Sequence record: NC_105825.1
DNA length: 64,000 bases
Source: Escherichia phage ECOP18
Reading direction: 5' to 3' (one strand)
Both the position numbers and the translations under genes were made by a program. Under the pieces are notes generated by a model. It searched no databases and was not told the origin of the DNA. It saw nothing but the letters and a program-made list of their open reading frames with translations. Position 1 is the first letter of the stretch. Each line of letters begins with the position of its first letter. Positions 27,783 through 36,256 of this stretch are shown in pieces.

Positions 27783-27812
27783 ATTATACCAGAAATTTAA
27801 AGCAAAAGGCAA
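27783..27812 (-). promoter_or_regulatory. early sigma70-type promoter (TTGCCT-18-TATAAT)
   Basis: Variant -35 and 18-bp spacer. Confidence 0.5.
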
Positions 27813-27842
27813 GTACATTTTTAAAAATTCTGTTTGGAGGAG

Positions 27843-28049
27843 CTAAACTCCAGATTCTTCAGCTAAGTCTAGGCTAATAAGAGATATAGCCATAATTGCT
27901 GCTCCGTGTTCTCTTTCTCCTGTCTCTTTAGCTAGGGTTATAATATCAAGAAATTGCTTATGAAAGTCTGCAACCTCTTGAGTCATACCTGCCTCAGCAA
28001 TCATGCCTTTAAGCATGAAACGTTGTGCGGTAATTTCGGGATTAGCCAT
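27843..28049 (-). CDS. hypothetical protein
   Basis: ORF track 68 aa. Confidence 0.45.
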   Translation of the reverse strand: MANPEITAQRFMLKGMIAEAGMTQEVADFHKQFLDIITLAKETGEREHGAAIMAISLISLDLAEESGV

Positions 28050-28224
28050 GTTGTTTCTCCAGTTTCATGTTTAATAGTCTACAAATAAAATCAATGTCTT
28101 CATCTGTGCCTAGATCTCTATCTTCAAGAGTTGCCTTGAAGTTTTTCGTCAATTCCATGAGGATAACTTCTATAGAACGACGTGTTGGCGGAGGTGGATG
28201 TCTATACATCTTATTTCCTTAAGT

Positions 28225-28301
28225 TGGTAGGGGTGGTGGGATTCGAACCCACAAAACCTGAATTTTAAGTCCAGTACCTATGCCAATTCGATTACACCCC
28301 C
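28225..28301 (-). tRNA. tRNA, type I length, anticodon loop CTTAAAA (UAA)
   Basis: 77 nt; acceptor GGGGGTG/CACCCCT, anticodon stem CTGGA/TTCAG, T-arm GTGGG-TTCGAAT-CCCAC, CCA; Leu-type anticodon in a short-variable-arm scaffold. Confidence 0.45.
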
Positions 28302-28402
28302 ATGTAATCAGTTTATTAGTTGATACATATTATAGCCTAGTGAAAATCCTACTACTAGTCCCACAAACCAACCAATATAATAATCTTTTAGTTTCACAGG
28401 TA

Positions 28403-28588
28403 TTATCCTCGTTCAATATCTAGGGAAACACCGCAGTTAGGATTAATACCTGTACCGTTGCAATTTGAACAAATCCAGATATTGCAAAAAGTATCTCCTG
28501 CTTCTGCATCAGAACTTTCACCAATTCCCCTACACTCAGGGCAGGCACATTCTTCTAGCTCTTGCTTGAGTTCTTGAAACTTGGACAT
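28403..28588 (-). CDS. zinc-ribbon-like small protein
   Basis: 61 aa; CPECRG...CSNCNG. Confidence 0.45.
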   Translation of the reverse strand: MSKFQELKQELEECACPECRGIGESSDAEAGDTFCNIWICSNCNGTGINPNCGVSLDIERG

Positions 28589-28597
28589 ATAGTCTCC

Positions 28598-28786
28598 TTA
28601 GTCAATTACTTTTGAGGCTTCAAGGGAGTCGATATAGTATACGTTTTCTACCATAATCATATAATCTGCCACTTTATCCATAGCTTGGGCCTCAGAGGTA
28701 GCTCTGGCTAACCTATATCCTTTTTTATATTCATCCGGGTATTCTCTATCTTGAATAAATACAACATAAACTATGTATAATTCCAC
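28598..28786 (-). CDS. hypothetical protein
   Basis: ORF track frame truncated to a GTG start with RBS so it does not run into the tRNA at 28806. Confidence 0.35.
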   Translation of the reverse strand: MELYIVYVVFIQDREYPDEYKKGYRLARATSEAQAMDKVADYMIMVENVYYIDSLEASKVID

Positions 28787-28805
28787 TTGTAATCCCCTAA
28801 TTAAG

Positions 28806-28884
28806 TTGGTGGCTCCCCGAGGATTCGAACCTACGTACCTTCCGGTTATGAGCCGGGTGCTCATACCATATGAGCTTGAGAACC
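28806..28884 (-). tRNA. tRNA with CAT anticodon (third CAT tRNA)
   Basis: Acceptor GGTTCTC/GGGAGCC with G-U pairs, D-stem GCTC/GAGC, anticodon loop CTCATAA, T-loop TTCGAAT, CCA; T-stem weak. Confidence 0.45.
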
Positions 28885-28890
28885 AGAATT

Positions 28891-28979
28891 TGGCGGAAGA
28901 AGTGGGAATCGAACCCACAAGGCTATATTTCAAACCGACAGATTAGCAATCTGCTGCAATACCGTTATGCTATTCTTCC
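28891..28979 (-). tRNA. tRNA-Ser (GCT), type II
   Basis: 89 nt; acceptor GGAAGAA/TTCTTCC, anticodon stem GCAGA/TCTGT, loop TTGCTAA, CCA. Confidence 0.55.
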
Positions 28980-28994
28980 GAATTTATAAGATAT

Positions 28995-29023
28995 ATTATA
29001 TTAGAAATTTAGCTTCATAGCAA
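28995..29023 (-). promoter_or_regulatory. early sigma70-type promoter (TTGCTA-17-TATAAT) for a tRNA transcript
   Basis: Same architecture. Confidence 0.55.
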
Positions 29024-29522
29024 GAAAATTTTTCAAGTTTTCGGTAGACATCTCATCCACATCTACGGGAGAAACAAAGCCGTTTAATTTTCTAGCAAAT
29101 TTTTCACCCGCAGGATCGTTGTCTCCGACAGCTACCAATTTAAAAGGTAATAATTTCAGTTGCTTTAATAACGCTTTTCCTGGAGAAGAACCTAACATTG
29201 CCAGGGCTGGATAACCAGCGTTATGTAGCGCAACTGCCTTAAATACAGATTCAGCGATCAATACTACTTTTTCATCTCCATTGAGAGTTTCTAGTCCCCA
29301 TACACACTGGGTAGTAGAATAAGTAAAATATTTAGCTTCAAAGGGACACTTACTATGACCTTTTGGAGCAGAAGGATTATACGTCTGATAGCCTCGCAAC
29401 ATCCCGGAGAAGTCATACAACGGGACTGTTAGCCATCCTTCCGGACTTAACCAGCAATGATATTTATCTGTATCAAATCCTCTGGATAAGAGGTGCTGTG
29501 TTAGCTCATCAACATTCATATT
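29001..29522 (-). CDS. TOPRIM-domain-like protein
   Basis: ORF track frame; start moved to MNVDELTQ with RBS gagagg; LIAES...VGDNDPAG resembles the TOPRIM E...DxD motif. Confidence 0.4.
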   Translation of the reverse strand, partial: NMNVDELTQHLLSRGFDTDKYHCWLSPEGWLTVPLYDFSGMLRGYQTYNPSAPKGHSKCPFEAKYFTYSTTQCVWGLETLNGDEKVVLIAESVFKAVALHNAGYPALAMLGSSPGKALLKQLKLLPFKLVAVGDNDPAGEKFARKLNGFVSPVDVDEMSTENLKNFLAMKLNF

Positions 29523-29549
29523 TGGTTCCTCTCTCAAATTTATAGATAT

Positions 29550-29578
29550 ATTATACAGAGAATTTAGCATTCAAGCAA
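29550..29578 (-). promoter_or_regulatory. early sigma70-type promoter (TTGCTT-17-TATAAT)
   Basis: Same architecture. Confidence 0.6.
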
Positions 29579-29694
29579 TCAAATTTTTTAACTTTTTAGA
29601 GGAAAATCATAGGGCACTTAAGGGTAGCAGATAAGTGGGGAGGACCAAAATTTGTGACCCCACTAAAAATCCGGGGGCAATTTTTAAAGACCCC

Positions 29695-29723
29695 TTGACA
29701 TTTTCGCTGGGGTAGTGTAAAGT
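29695..29723 (+). promoter_or_regulatory. sigma70-like promoter TTGACA-17-TAAAGT (not the early-family type)
   Basis: Consensus -35, 17-bp spacer, weaker -10; about 60 nt upstream of the plus-strand island. Confidence 0.45.
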
Positions 29724-29785
29724 ATATGTTATGGATGAGTGATCAAAGAGACACACATTTTCTATATACTAGGAGGTGTCAAAAT

Positions 29786-30775
29786 ATGACAGAAGAAGTA
29801 GCTAAGAGTCCTGAGACCGTCGCTAGCGTTGCAGCAGAACTGCACCGTCACGAGGAATCAGATAAGAAAAAGTGGGAGAAGGTCAGAGTCTACGAAGAAA
29901 AACATCGTGAACACGATGATGAAGAAGAAGATGACGATGATGAACATTGTCATAAATATGGAAAACATAAAATGCAAGAACCAGTAAACGTATTCACTAG
30001 TGGCTTCCCTGGCCTACTGGGTGGTTACCCAGCAAACGCAGGTGCTTTCGGTGGTGAAGGTATGGGACTATTCGGAGCTATCCTAATCGGTGCTCTATTA
30101 ACCGGCGGATTCGGTGGTTTCGGTGGATTCGGTGGACGTGGTGTAGTTGGTGAAGGTACCGCAGTTGATGCAGTACTTCAGAACCAAGATACCGCTAGTA
30201 TTCTAGCAGCTATCAACACTACTCGTACAGAGGCTAACCAGGGTACTGGAGCTGTTTTAAGCGCAGTTAACAATGGTTTTAGCCAGACAACCCAAAACCA
30301 GAGCCGTGATACTCAGTCTGTACTAACTACGATCTACGGTACAGGTGCTAATCTGTCTAATCAGATCTGCCAGGAAACTCGCAACGTTATTCAGGGTCAG
30401 TTCGATCTTTCTCGCCAGATTGATCAATCTTTCGCAGCTAACCAGATAGCTCGTGCACAAGATAAGTTTGATTCTGCACAGATCGCTTTCCAGCAGACTT
30501 TACAAACTAATAACCAGTTTGCCGCTGTTCAGGCTCAGATGTGTGCTAACCAGAACTCTCTGGAACGTCAGATCGCTGAATGTTGCTGTGAACTTCAGAC
30601 TGCGATCGCTGGTGTAACTACTGCGCGTATCCAGGATGAGTTAGACGCATGTCGCCTACGTGAAGCAATCGCTGCGGGTAGCGGTGCTAACGGTCAGGTA
30701 ATTAATCAAATCGCTTTAAGTCTTGGTGCTATCACTCAGACTCTGGCTGGTCTGCAGGCTAAACTGCCGGCTTAA
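29786..30775 (+). CDS. low-complexity protein: acidic N-terminus, Gly-rich hydrophobic segment, Gln/Asn/Thr-rich C-terminal region
   Basis: ORF track frame; start at ATG preceded by RBS aggagg; GMGLFGAILIGALLTGGFGGFGGFGG glycine-zipper-like segment; no recognisable family. Confidence 0.55.
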   Translation: MTEEVAKSPETVASVAAELHRHEESDKKKWEKVRVYEEKHREHDDEEEDDDDEHCHKYGKHKMQEPVNVFTSGFPGLLGGYPANAGAFGGEGMGLFGAILIGALLTGGFGGFGGFGGRGVVGEGTAVDAVLQNQDTASILAAINTTRTEANQGTGAVLSAVNNGFSQTTQNQSRDTQSVLTTIYGTGANLSNQICQETRNVIQGQFDLSRQIDQSFAANQIARAQDKFDSAQIAFQQTLQTNNQFAAVQAQMCANQNSLERQIAECCCELQTAIAGVTTARIQDELDACRLREAIAAGSGANGQVINQIALSLGAITQTLAGLQAKLPA

Positions 30776-30796
30776 TATTAAGGGGAGGAGCCCCTT

Positions 30797-31213
30797 ATGA
30801 GTAAATATGGTTTTGTAAATAACGGACTTAATCAAAGTATGGGCTCCCAGCAGCCCATTCCGGGTCTGGATAACCCCTACTTACAACAGTTGCAACAGCG
30901 TTTAGCAGAAGCGCAACAGATGCAGCAACAACTCCAGCAAAACCCTGGAAGTGTGAGTCCTATGCAAATGATGCAGCAAATGAGCGGGCAGTCGCAAATG
31001 CCTCAACAAATGCAGCAACAGGTGCCTCAGCAGCAAGTTCAGCAACAAACCCAACAACCGCAGGTTTCTGCGGAAGGACAGGCAGTACTAGCCCTTTTCG
31101 AAGACTTCGCAAAGACAGAGGATGGGAAACAGCTTGTATCACTTATGGGTAAGTTTAATAGCTTCTGCCAAAGCCAAGTTGCAAAAGCTCAAAATGGGGG
31201 TAGTAACTCCTAA
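30797..31213 (+). CDS. Gln-rich low-complexity protein
   Basis: 138 aa; RBS ggggagg upstream; QQ tracts throughout. Confidence 0.5.
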   Translation: MSKYGFVNNGLNQSMGSQQPIPGLDNPYLQQLQQRLAEAQQMQQQLQQNPGSVSPMQMMQQMSGQSQMPQQMQQQVPQQQVQQQTQQPQVSAEGQAVLALFEDFAKTEDGKQLVSLMGKFNSFCQSQVAKAQNGGSNS

Positions 31214-31222
31214 GGAGGAAAT

Positions 31223-31417
31223 ATGTGTTGCAGAAAATCTGTTTCGTGCTGCCCAGTGCCTGTAGCACGTTGTTGCTCTCCAGCAATGTTTACGCAAATA
31301 CCGGCGTTCAATCCCTTTGCCTTTAAACCTACTCTTATCCTGCCCCCTAGAGTAGATTTTCAGTCAAGATTGGCCTCCCGTATGGGTGGTTGCTGTACAC
31401 CGAGAGTATGGTTCTAA
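31223..31417 (+). CDS. Cys-rich small protein with four CC doublets
   Basis: 64 aa; RBS aggagg; MCCRK...SCCPV...RCCSP...GCCTP. Confidence 0.45.
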   Translation: MCCRKSVSCCPVPVARCCSPAMFTQIPAFNPFAFKPTLILPPRVDFQSRLASRMGGCCTPRVWF

Positions 31418-31431
31418 ACCAAAAACAAAAG

Positions 31432-31466
31432 CCCCTGCCGAAAGGTAAGGGGCTTTTTCTTTTGCC
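31432..31466 (+). terminator. rho-independent terminator
   Basis: agcccct-gccgaaaggta-aggggct hairpin followed by ttttctttt. Confidence 0.65.
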
Positions 31467-31479
31467 TTAAATACAGAAA

Positions 31480-31510
31480 AGCCCGCGCTCTCGTAGGAAA
31501 CGCGGGCTTG
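31480..31510 (-). terminator. rho-independent terminator (convergent)
   Basis: cccgcg...cgcggg hairpin followed by a U-run on the minus transcript after the SPFH gene. Confidence 0.55.
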
Positions 31511-31532
31511 GTTCGAAGATTACGTGTAACTA

Positions 31533-32480
31533 TTACTTGTTACGCATATCCATGATCATTTGACCATCGTAGCCAGTACCTACCACAGTCTGAGGTACAC
31601 CACCTTGATACTTCTGAGCACGGATCATTTCAACTTCCAGTTGTTTCCAACGAATCATTTCAGGAGTAATGGTACGTTGCAATGCGGCGTTAGCTTCAGC
31701 TTCTTTCTTAGCTGCGTACAGTTTAGCATCTGCGTCACGTTCATTAGCAATAGCTTGGTTGTTACGAGCTTCACGATCTGCTTCTGCTTGTTTAACTTTT
31801 TGCTGTGCTTCCTGTTCAACGCGAGCAAGTTCAGCTTTCGCAGCATTAACTTGCTCTTCACGAACTTTGGTATTCTGTACCTGTTCCATGATTACTGGCG
31901 GCAAGGTAATATCCTGAAGGAATACCTGCTTAACTGTGTAACCATATGGGCGCGCATACTCTTCAACTTCCTGTTGAATTGCAGTTTGCAATTGAGCCTG
32001 AATTTTAGCATCAAATAAATCTTGTGCTTTAGGTACAGACTTACCAAACTCACGAATAGTAGACAGTAATTTTTCAGTTACATACTTGTCTAGTGCCTGA
32101 TCCTGAGTACCTGCGTTAATACGGTTAATCGGTGCTTTAGAACCATCAAACTGCAACATAACAGTCAGGTCAACAGTGGATTTAAACTTATCCTGGCTAG
32201 GAACCTGAAGTTTATCTAATTTTACAGCAATATCTTTTGTACTAAAAGTATCGAAAGATGCAAACGGGTTTACAAGATGGAAGCCCGGCAATACTGGATT
32301 AGGGTCTACTTTACCCAGGAATGTTTGGGTTTTAACCGTACCATCAGAAACAATAGTATATGAATTAAAAGCTAGGATTAAACCTGCTAAACCAACTACA
32401 GCACCAATACCCCAACGTTTAATAGTACGAATTACTTTCTGCTCAGAAGTCAGTTCTTTCATATTTTTAGTAGCAAACAT
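31533..32480 (-). CDS. SPFH/band-7 (stomatin/prohibitin/HflKC-like) membrane protein
   Basis: 315 aa; N-terminal TM helix, then an Ala/Gln/Glu-rich coiled-coil region typical of SPFH proteins; assigned by overall architecture. Confidence 0.5.
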   Translation of the reverse strand: MFATKNMKELTSEQKVIRTIKRWGIGAVVGLAGLILAFNSYTIVSDGTVKTQTFLGKVDPNPVLPGFHLVNPFASFDTFSTKDIAVKLDKLQVPSQDKFKSTVDLTVMLQFDGSKAPINRINAGTQDQALDKYVTEKLLSTIREFGKSVPKAQDLFDAKIQAQLQTAIQQEVEEYARPYGYTVKQVFLQDITLPPVIMEQVQNTKVREEQVNAAKAELARVEQEAQQKVKQAEADREARNNQAIANERDADAKLYAAKKEAEANAALQRTITPEMIRWKQLEVEMIRAQKYQGGVPQTVVGTGYDGQMIMDMRNK

Positions 32481-32513
32481 ATATTTCCTTTGTTTTAGTT
32501 ACAGTTAATAAAA

Positions 32514-32589
32514 TTGGCCGAGGTGACAGGATTCGAACCTGCATAAAGGAATTTAGAAGACTCCTGCCTCTCCCTTAGACTACACCCCG
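32514..32589 (-). tRNA. tRNA-Arg (TCT)
   Basis: 76 nt; acceptor CGGGGTG/CACCTCG, anticodon stem GGAGT/ATTCC, loop CTTCTAA, T-loop TTCGAAT, CCA. Confidence 0.5.
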
Positions 32590-33084
32590 TTTAAGTATTT
32601 TTAAGAACTCTCGTAAAAACTCTTAAAAATACAGACGATACCGGGAGAGTCATAAGTCTCACTCATTAAGTATTTCAAGACAAAATACAGTAACGTCTAT
32701 TATTTTCCAGTTTAAGTCAGGGTGACTTAGTGGTTATGTCCTGCGGTATATTGAGGACTCGGTTAGGCTTGGGGTCATGACTTCCCACCTTTTGCTGCTA
32801 CTCAACAGGAGTTATCGCGAATTACCTGTGCTATTGTGCACCATTAGTGACATCTCTCATGTCAGCATTTCCCACTTTGTGGATAGCTTGAAAAACTACT
32901 CCGATATGGAGAAAGAACTTCACTATCCTAGAATACCTTCTAAAGTTCTTCTTTAGCCTGGACATAGTTAAATCGTAATAAAACTATTCAGCAGACTGGT
33001 TGGTTAGTCTGGAACCAACTACCGCGTGGTTTAGGCAGTGCGCAACTAACCTCGGAAGCTTTTATGTTAAAAGCATCAGTTATC

Positions 33085-33170
33085 CAGTTCTTACCGACCG
33101 TAGGATTCGAACCTACATCTTCCACCAGTTACGGCTTGATAATACCAATTATACTAGGACGGCAGTGTTA
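33085..33170 (-). ncRNA. tRNA-like element (T-arm GTAGG-TTCGAAT-CCTAC), no clean cloverleaf
   Basis: T-arm motif inside an 830-bp ORF-free stretch that is transcribed from the promoter at 33387. Confidence 0.25.
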
Positions 33171-33386
33171 CTACATAAGTGATTTCCACACCCCACTATT
33201 TATAAATCAGAGAAGAGTTTAGGGGAGAGGTTTCAGACGCCTCATTTTACACGTTCTAGCCACTAACCGGGATTGCCGCCCCCTGTGTACTAGTTTTACA
33301 ACTAACCCACCGACTCTATTCAATGCGCTCCGGTTGGGATTCTGCACTCAGCGTAATCGGCTCGCTGTTCCCTAATTTATGAATAT

Positions 33387-33415
33387 ATTATACAGAATTT
33401 ATAAGCATTTAGCAA
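33387..33415 (-). promoter_or_regulatory. early sigma70-type promoter (TTGCTA-17-TATAAT) driving a non-coding region
   Basis: Same architecture; nothing coding downstream until tRNA-Arg. Confidence 0.55.
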
Positions 33416-33423
33416 ATGAATTT

Positions 33424-33858
33424 TTAGAAAAATTCACTAGCAATCAAAGCAGTTGTTTTACCGTCATAACGTCCGGGAAATTCTGCCTTAATAGTTTTCA
33501 TTAATAGAGCTTTGGTAATACCTGGGTTTAATTTAACCAGTTCTGCAAAATACTCACGAATCTGAACCTCAGTCAGTTGACTTGGCTGATACTCTTGCAG
33601 CATGGAATAAAGCAGTTGCTCATAGTCTACATCAGTAGGAACTTCCATACCAACTTTAATAGCGCGTTGTTTTGCATTTTCTAGAGCCTTAATCTGAGCT
33701 TTCAGATAGGCTACGAACTCGGTTCGAGTAACAATGTCTTTATCAATACGTTGCAGATCACCAATCATGGTCTGAAGATTAAGTGCCCGTTCCTTATCAC
33801 CGTGAGTACGTGCTAGACTAAGTAGTGCACGAAGGGTCATTAGAATATTTTCACCCAT
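33424..33858 (-). CDS. hypothetical protein
   Basis: ORF track 144 aa. Confidence 0.5.
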   Translation of the reverse strand: MGENILMTLRALLSLARTHGDKERALNLQTMIGDLQRIDKDIVTRTEFVAYLKAQIKALENAKQRAIKVGMEVPTDVDYEQLLYSMLQEYQPSQLTEVQIREYFAELVKLNPGITKALLMKTIKAEFPGRYDGKTTALIASEFF

Positions 33859-34029
33859 TATTTCATCCCCAATGCTTGGTTAAAAGATTGTTCTGTCATA
33901 ACTGCTGAGACTTTGGCGAAATCAAACTTTTTAGGGTTCGTAGTTATTTCAGCAACGTTAGAAGTTTTAACAGTTTTCGTAGTACGAATACCGCGAGTGT
34001 TAACACCAATAATTACAACTGATTTCATA
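33859..34029 (-). CDS. small hypothetical protein (56 aa)
   Basis: Hand-translated MKSVVIIGVNTRG...; RBS in the leader. Confidence 0.35.
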
Positions 34030-34060
34030 TTTCGCTTCCTCTCATTAATTTATGAAAGTA

Positions 34061-34090
34061 TTATACAGAAATTTAAGTAGCTAAGCAAGT
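34061..34090 (-). promoter_or_regulatory. early sigma70-type promoter (TTGCTT-18-TATAAT)
   Basis: Same family, 18-bp spacer. Confidence 0.5.
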
Positions 34091-34096
34091 AAATTT

Positions 34097-34564
34097 TTAA
34101 GTTTTAGTGACAACAGGTTTATAGAATGTATGTCCCTTAATCTTAGTTGTTTTCTTAAACTTCTTTGTCCAGTAAGGTTTATCTTTACCACTATGGAAGT
34201 ATAGTGCTCCATATGTAGGATCTTGTGGTAAATCAACGTAGTATATCACTCTAGCTAAATTCTTAGCGGTTTGCCAAGCCTCATCAGTTTTATCAACTTT
34301 TGGTCTCTTAGATACCCAAGAGAACTGGTTAGACTGATATACTACTTTACAGTAGGAATCTGGGAATTTACCGGAGTTTACACGGTTTTTAGTAACATGT
34401 GCAATCGCCGTCATTCCCTTTATGCCCTCACCACGACTTTCGAAATAGATATTTTTAGCAATGCAATCTATTTCTTTTGCATCGTGCGATGCCTGACTAC
34501 TAAAGCTGAAGGTAAGGGCAGCTACTAAAAGCAAAGCTGCCTTCATTCTTTTTACTCCTGCCAA
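34097..34564 (-). CDS. secreted cell-wall-hydrolase-like protein (SleB-like)
   Basis: 155 aa; signal peptide; NIYFESRGEG...HVTKNRV...YFHSG resembles the SleB-type hydrolase domain. Confidence 0.45.
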   Translation of the reverse strand: MAGVKRMKAALLLVAALTFSFSSQASHDAKEIDCIAKNIYFESRGEGIKGMTAIAHVTKNRVNSGKFPDSYCKVVYQSNQFSWVSKRPKVDKTDEAWQTAKNLARVIYYVDLPQDPTYGALYFHSGKDKPYWTKKFKKTTKIKGHTFYKPVVTKT

Positions 34565-34869
34565 TCATATTCAACACGATTGGGATTTTCTTTATACCCT
34601 AAGTCAAGCAAATCATTACGCATATTTTGCTTAGCTACTGGGTTCGAGGTTACTAGTACCACTTTCTTTGGTCTCTGCCCAAATTCTAAGAGTAAACGAA
34701 GAATTTGATAACCTTCCATACCATCTACAGCCAAGTCATTATCCATATAAACGAAATGGCCGGTGGTATCAGTTTTATTCAGAAACTCTACAGCGGCTTC
34801 TGGGGTTCGAATGATAATGTCCATTCCGTGAAGATTACGCACATCATCAATCAAAATATGAAAAGTCAT
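34552..34869 (-). CDS. hypothetical protein
   Basis: ORF track 105 aa. Confidence 0.5.
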   Translation of the reverse strand: MTFHILIDDVRNLHGMDIIIRTPEAAVEFLNKTDTTGHFVYMDNDLAVDGMEGYQILRLLLEFGQRPKKVVLVTSNPVAKQNMRNDLLDLGYKENPNRVEYDWQE

Positions 34870-34899
34870 AATAGCCTCGTTTCATCAATTTAAAAATGT

Positions 34900-34929
34900 A
34901 TTATACAGATAACTTAGTAAATTAGCAAA
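34900..34929 (-). promoter_or_regulatory. early sigma70-type promoter (TTGCTA-18-TATAAT)
   Basis: Same family. Confidence 0.5.
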
Positions 34930-35311
34930 TACATTTTTAAATTGTGAAACTAGTAAACCGATAAACAGCCTAGAGGCGCCACAGGCCATATCTTATGAGC
35001 CATGTACCTTTGATCTAGGGTTTGAATCATCAACGAATACTTTGCATCTTTTAGCTTTAGAAGTTTAGAAGTTTGAGTTCTTTAAACTTTTCAGCTTTCA
35101 TACTTAAATGTTGATCTTTGAAGTTGTGTCGGTAATATCAACGACGCTTTGTTCTTACGTGTCAGCTTAAAAGGCTGGTGTAATAAACATAATCTCCAAT
35201 AGATTATACTTTATAGTATGGTCAGCGGTCCTATTTAACCTCGTATTTCAACCGCTGCTGCGAGGTAAGATGCTTGGGCTTTCGTCTACCGATTTACTAG
35301 CTTTTAAATTA

Positions 35312-35950
35312 TTACTCTACTTCAATGAAGGTAGAGGCGTTAGACTCGGACAGAACAAAGTCAACATTTGTTGCAAAGTCCTGATATTCCTCGTCATGCT
35401 GCTTAATCAGCTTTTCCAGTTCCAGCGGATCAATCAAGAATGGAGTATTCTTGAGTTCCAGCAGGTTGAGCTGCATTTTAACTTCATCTTCGGAAGTTTT
35501 CTTATCGCGGGTAGCCATGCTATCCTGCAAACGCTCATATTTAGCATCAAACTGTGCTTTCTGCGTATTAAACTTAACCGTAGCGGCATGGAACTGCTTA
35601 CGCATGTTAGCCAGCAGTTGGGCTTTAAGTTCCATAGAACGCTTAGCTTCAATTGCTTCCGCAACAGTCATCTTACGAGAGCCAATCTCAACGATTGTTT
35701 CCGCATTGCTTTTAATCAGAGCAGCTTTGATACGATCACGCTGGGACATCATATCCAGCAGAGACTGGAAATCAGTCTTAATACGAGTAGACAGATCAGC
35801 TACTTCGATTGCAGCGCCAACTACAACTTGGTTTTTATCCTTACCTTCACCAACAGCGATCAGAAGCTGCTGTTCAGTAGCTTTACGGATTTTAGCTTCC
35901 AGAGATTTGATAGTTGCCAGAGCGCGAGTTTTAGAAATACGAGTAGTCAT
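35312..35950 (-). CDS. hypothetical coiled-coil protein
   Basis: ORF track 212 aa; on the strand of its neighbours; the two plus-strand ORFs here are antisense shadows. Confidence 0.5.
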   Translation of the reverse strand: MTTRISKTRALATIKSLEAKIRKATEQQLLIAVGEGKDKNQVVVGAAIEVADLSTRIKTDFQSLLDMMSQRDRIKAALIKSNAETIVEIGSRKMTVAEAIEAKRSMELKAQLLANMRKQFHAATVKFNTQKAQFDAKYERLQDSMATRDKKTSEDEVKMQLNLLELKNTPFLIDPLELEKLIKQHDEEYQDFATNVDFVLSESNASTFIEVE

Positions 35951-36003
35951 TATTTGCTTCCTTATATGAAGTTTGAGATTTGAATTTGTTTAAAGTTGGT
36001 CTA

Positions 36004-36186
36004 TTACAGACCAATTGCCAGCAGAGTGCGTAGAACAGTATCATTACTGTTATCAATTTTAGGATTAGCACGATTTAGCAGATCAAAGATTTTCTGGGTA
36101 CCTGATTGACGTTCAGCCATACGACGGATACCCAGATTACGAGTAGCTTTCTTACCATTTTTACGAACATTTTTAGATACTGGCAT
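36004..36186 (-). CDS. small basic protein
   Basis: ORF track 60 aa; Lys/Arg-rich. Confidence 0.45.
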   Translation of the reverse strand: MPVSKNVRKNGKKATRNLGIRRMAERQSGTQKIFDLLNRANPKIDNSNDTVLRTLLAIGL

Positions 36187-36226
36187 ATATGTTTTCCTTT
36201 TATTGTTTTCTCAAATTTATGAATAT

Positions 36227-36255
36227 ATTATACAGAATTTTGAGGCCGGAAGCAA
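36227..36255 (-). promoter_or_regulatory. early sigma70-type promoter (TTGCTT-17-TATAAT)
   Basis: Same architecture. Confidence 0.6.
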
Positions 36256-36256
36256 A

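Noticed and set aside
31560-32018. 152-aa and 82-aa plus-strand ORFs and a 68-aa minus-strand ORF
   Set aside because: Antisense or out-of-frame within the SPFH gene; low-complexity translations.
35270-35983. 237-aa and 172-aa plus-strand ORFs
   Set aside because: Antisense to the 212-aa minus-strand ORF that fits the local operon direction; low-complexity Leu/Ser-rich translations typical of shadow ORFs.
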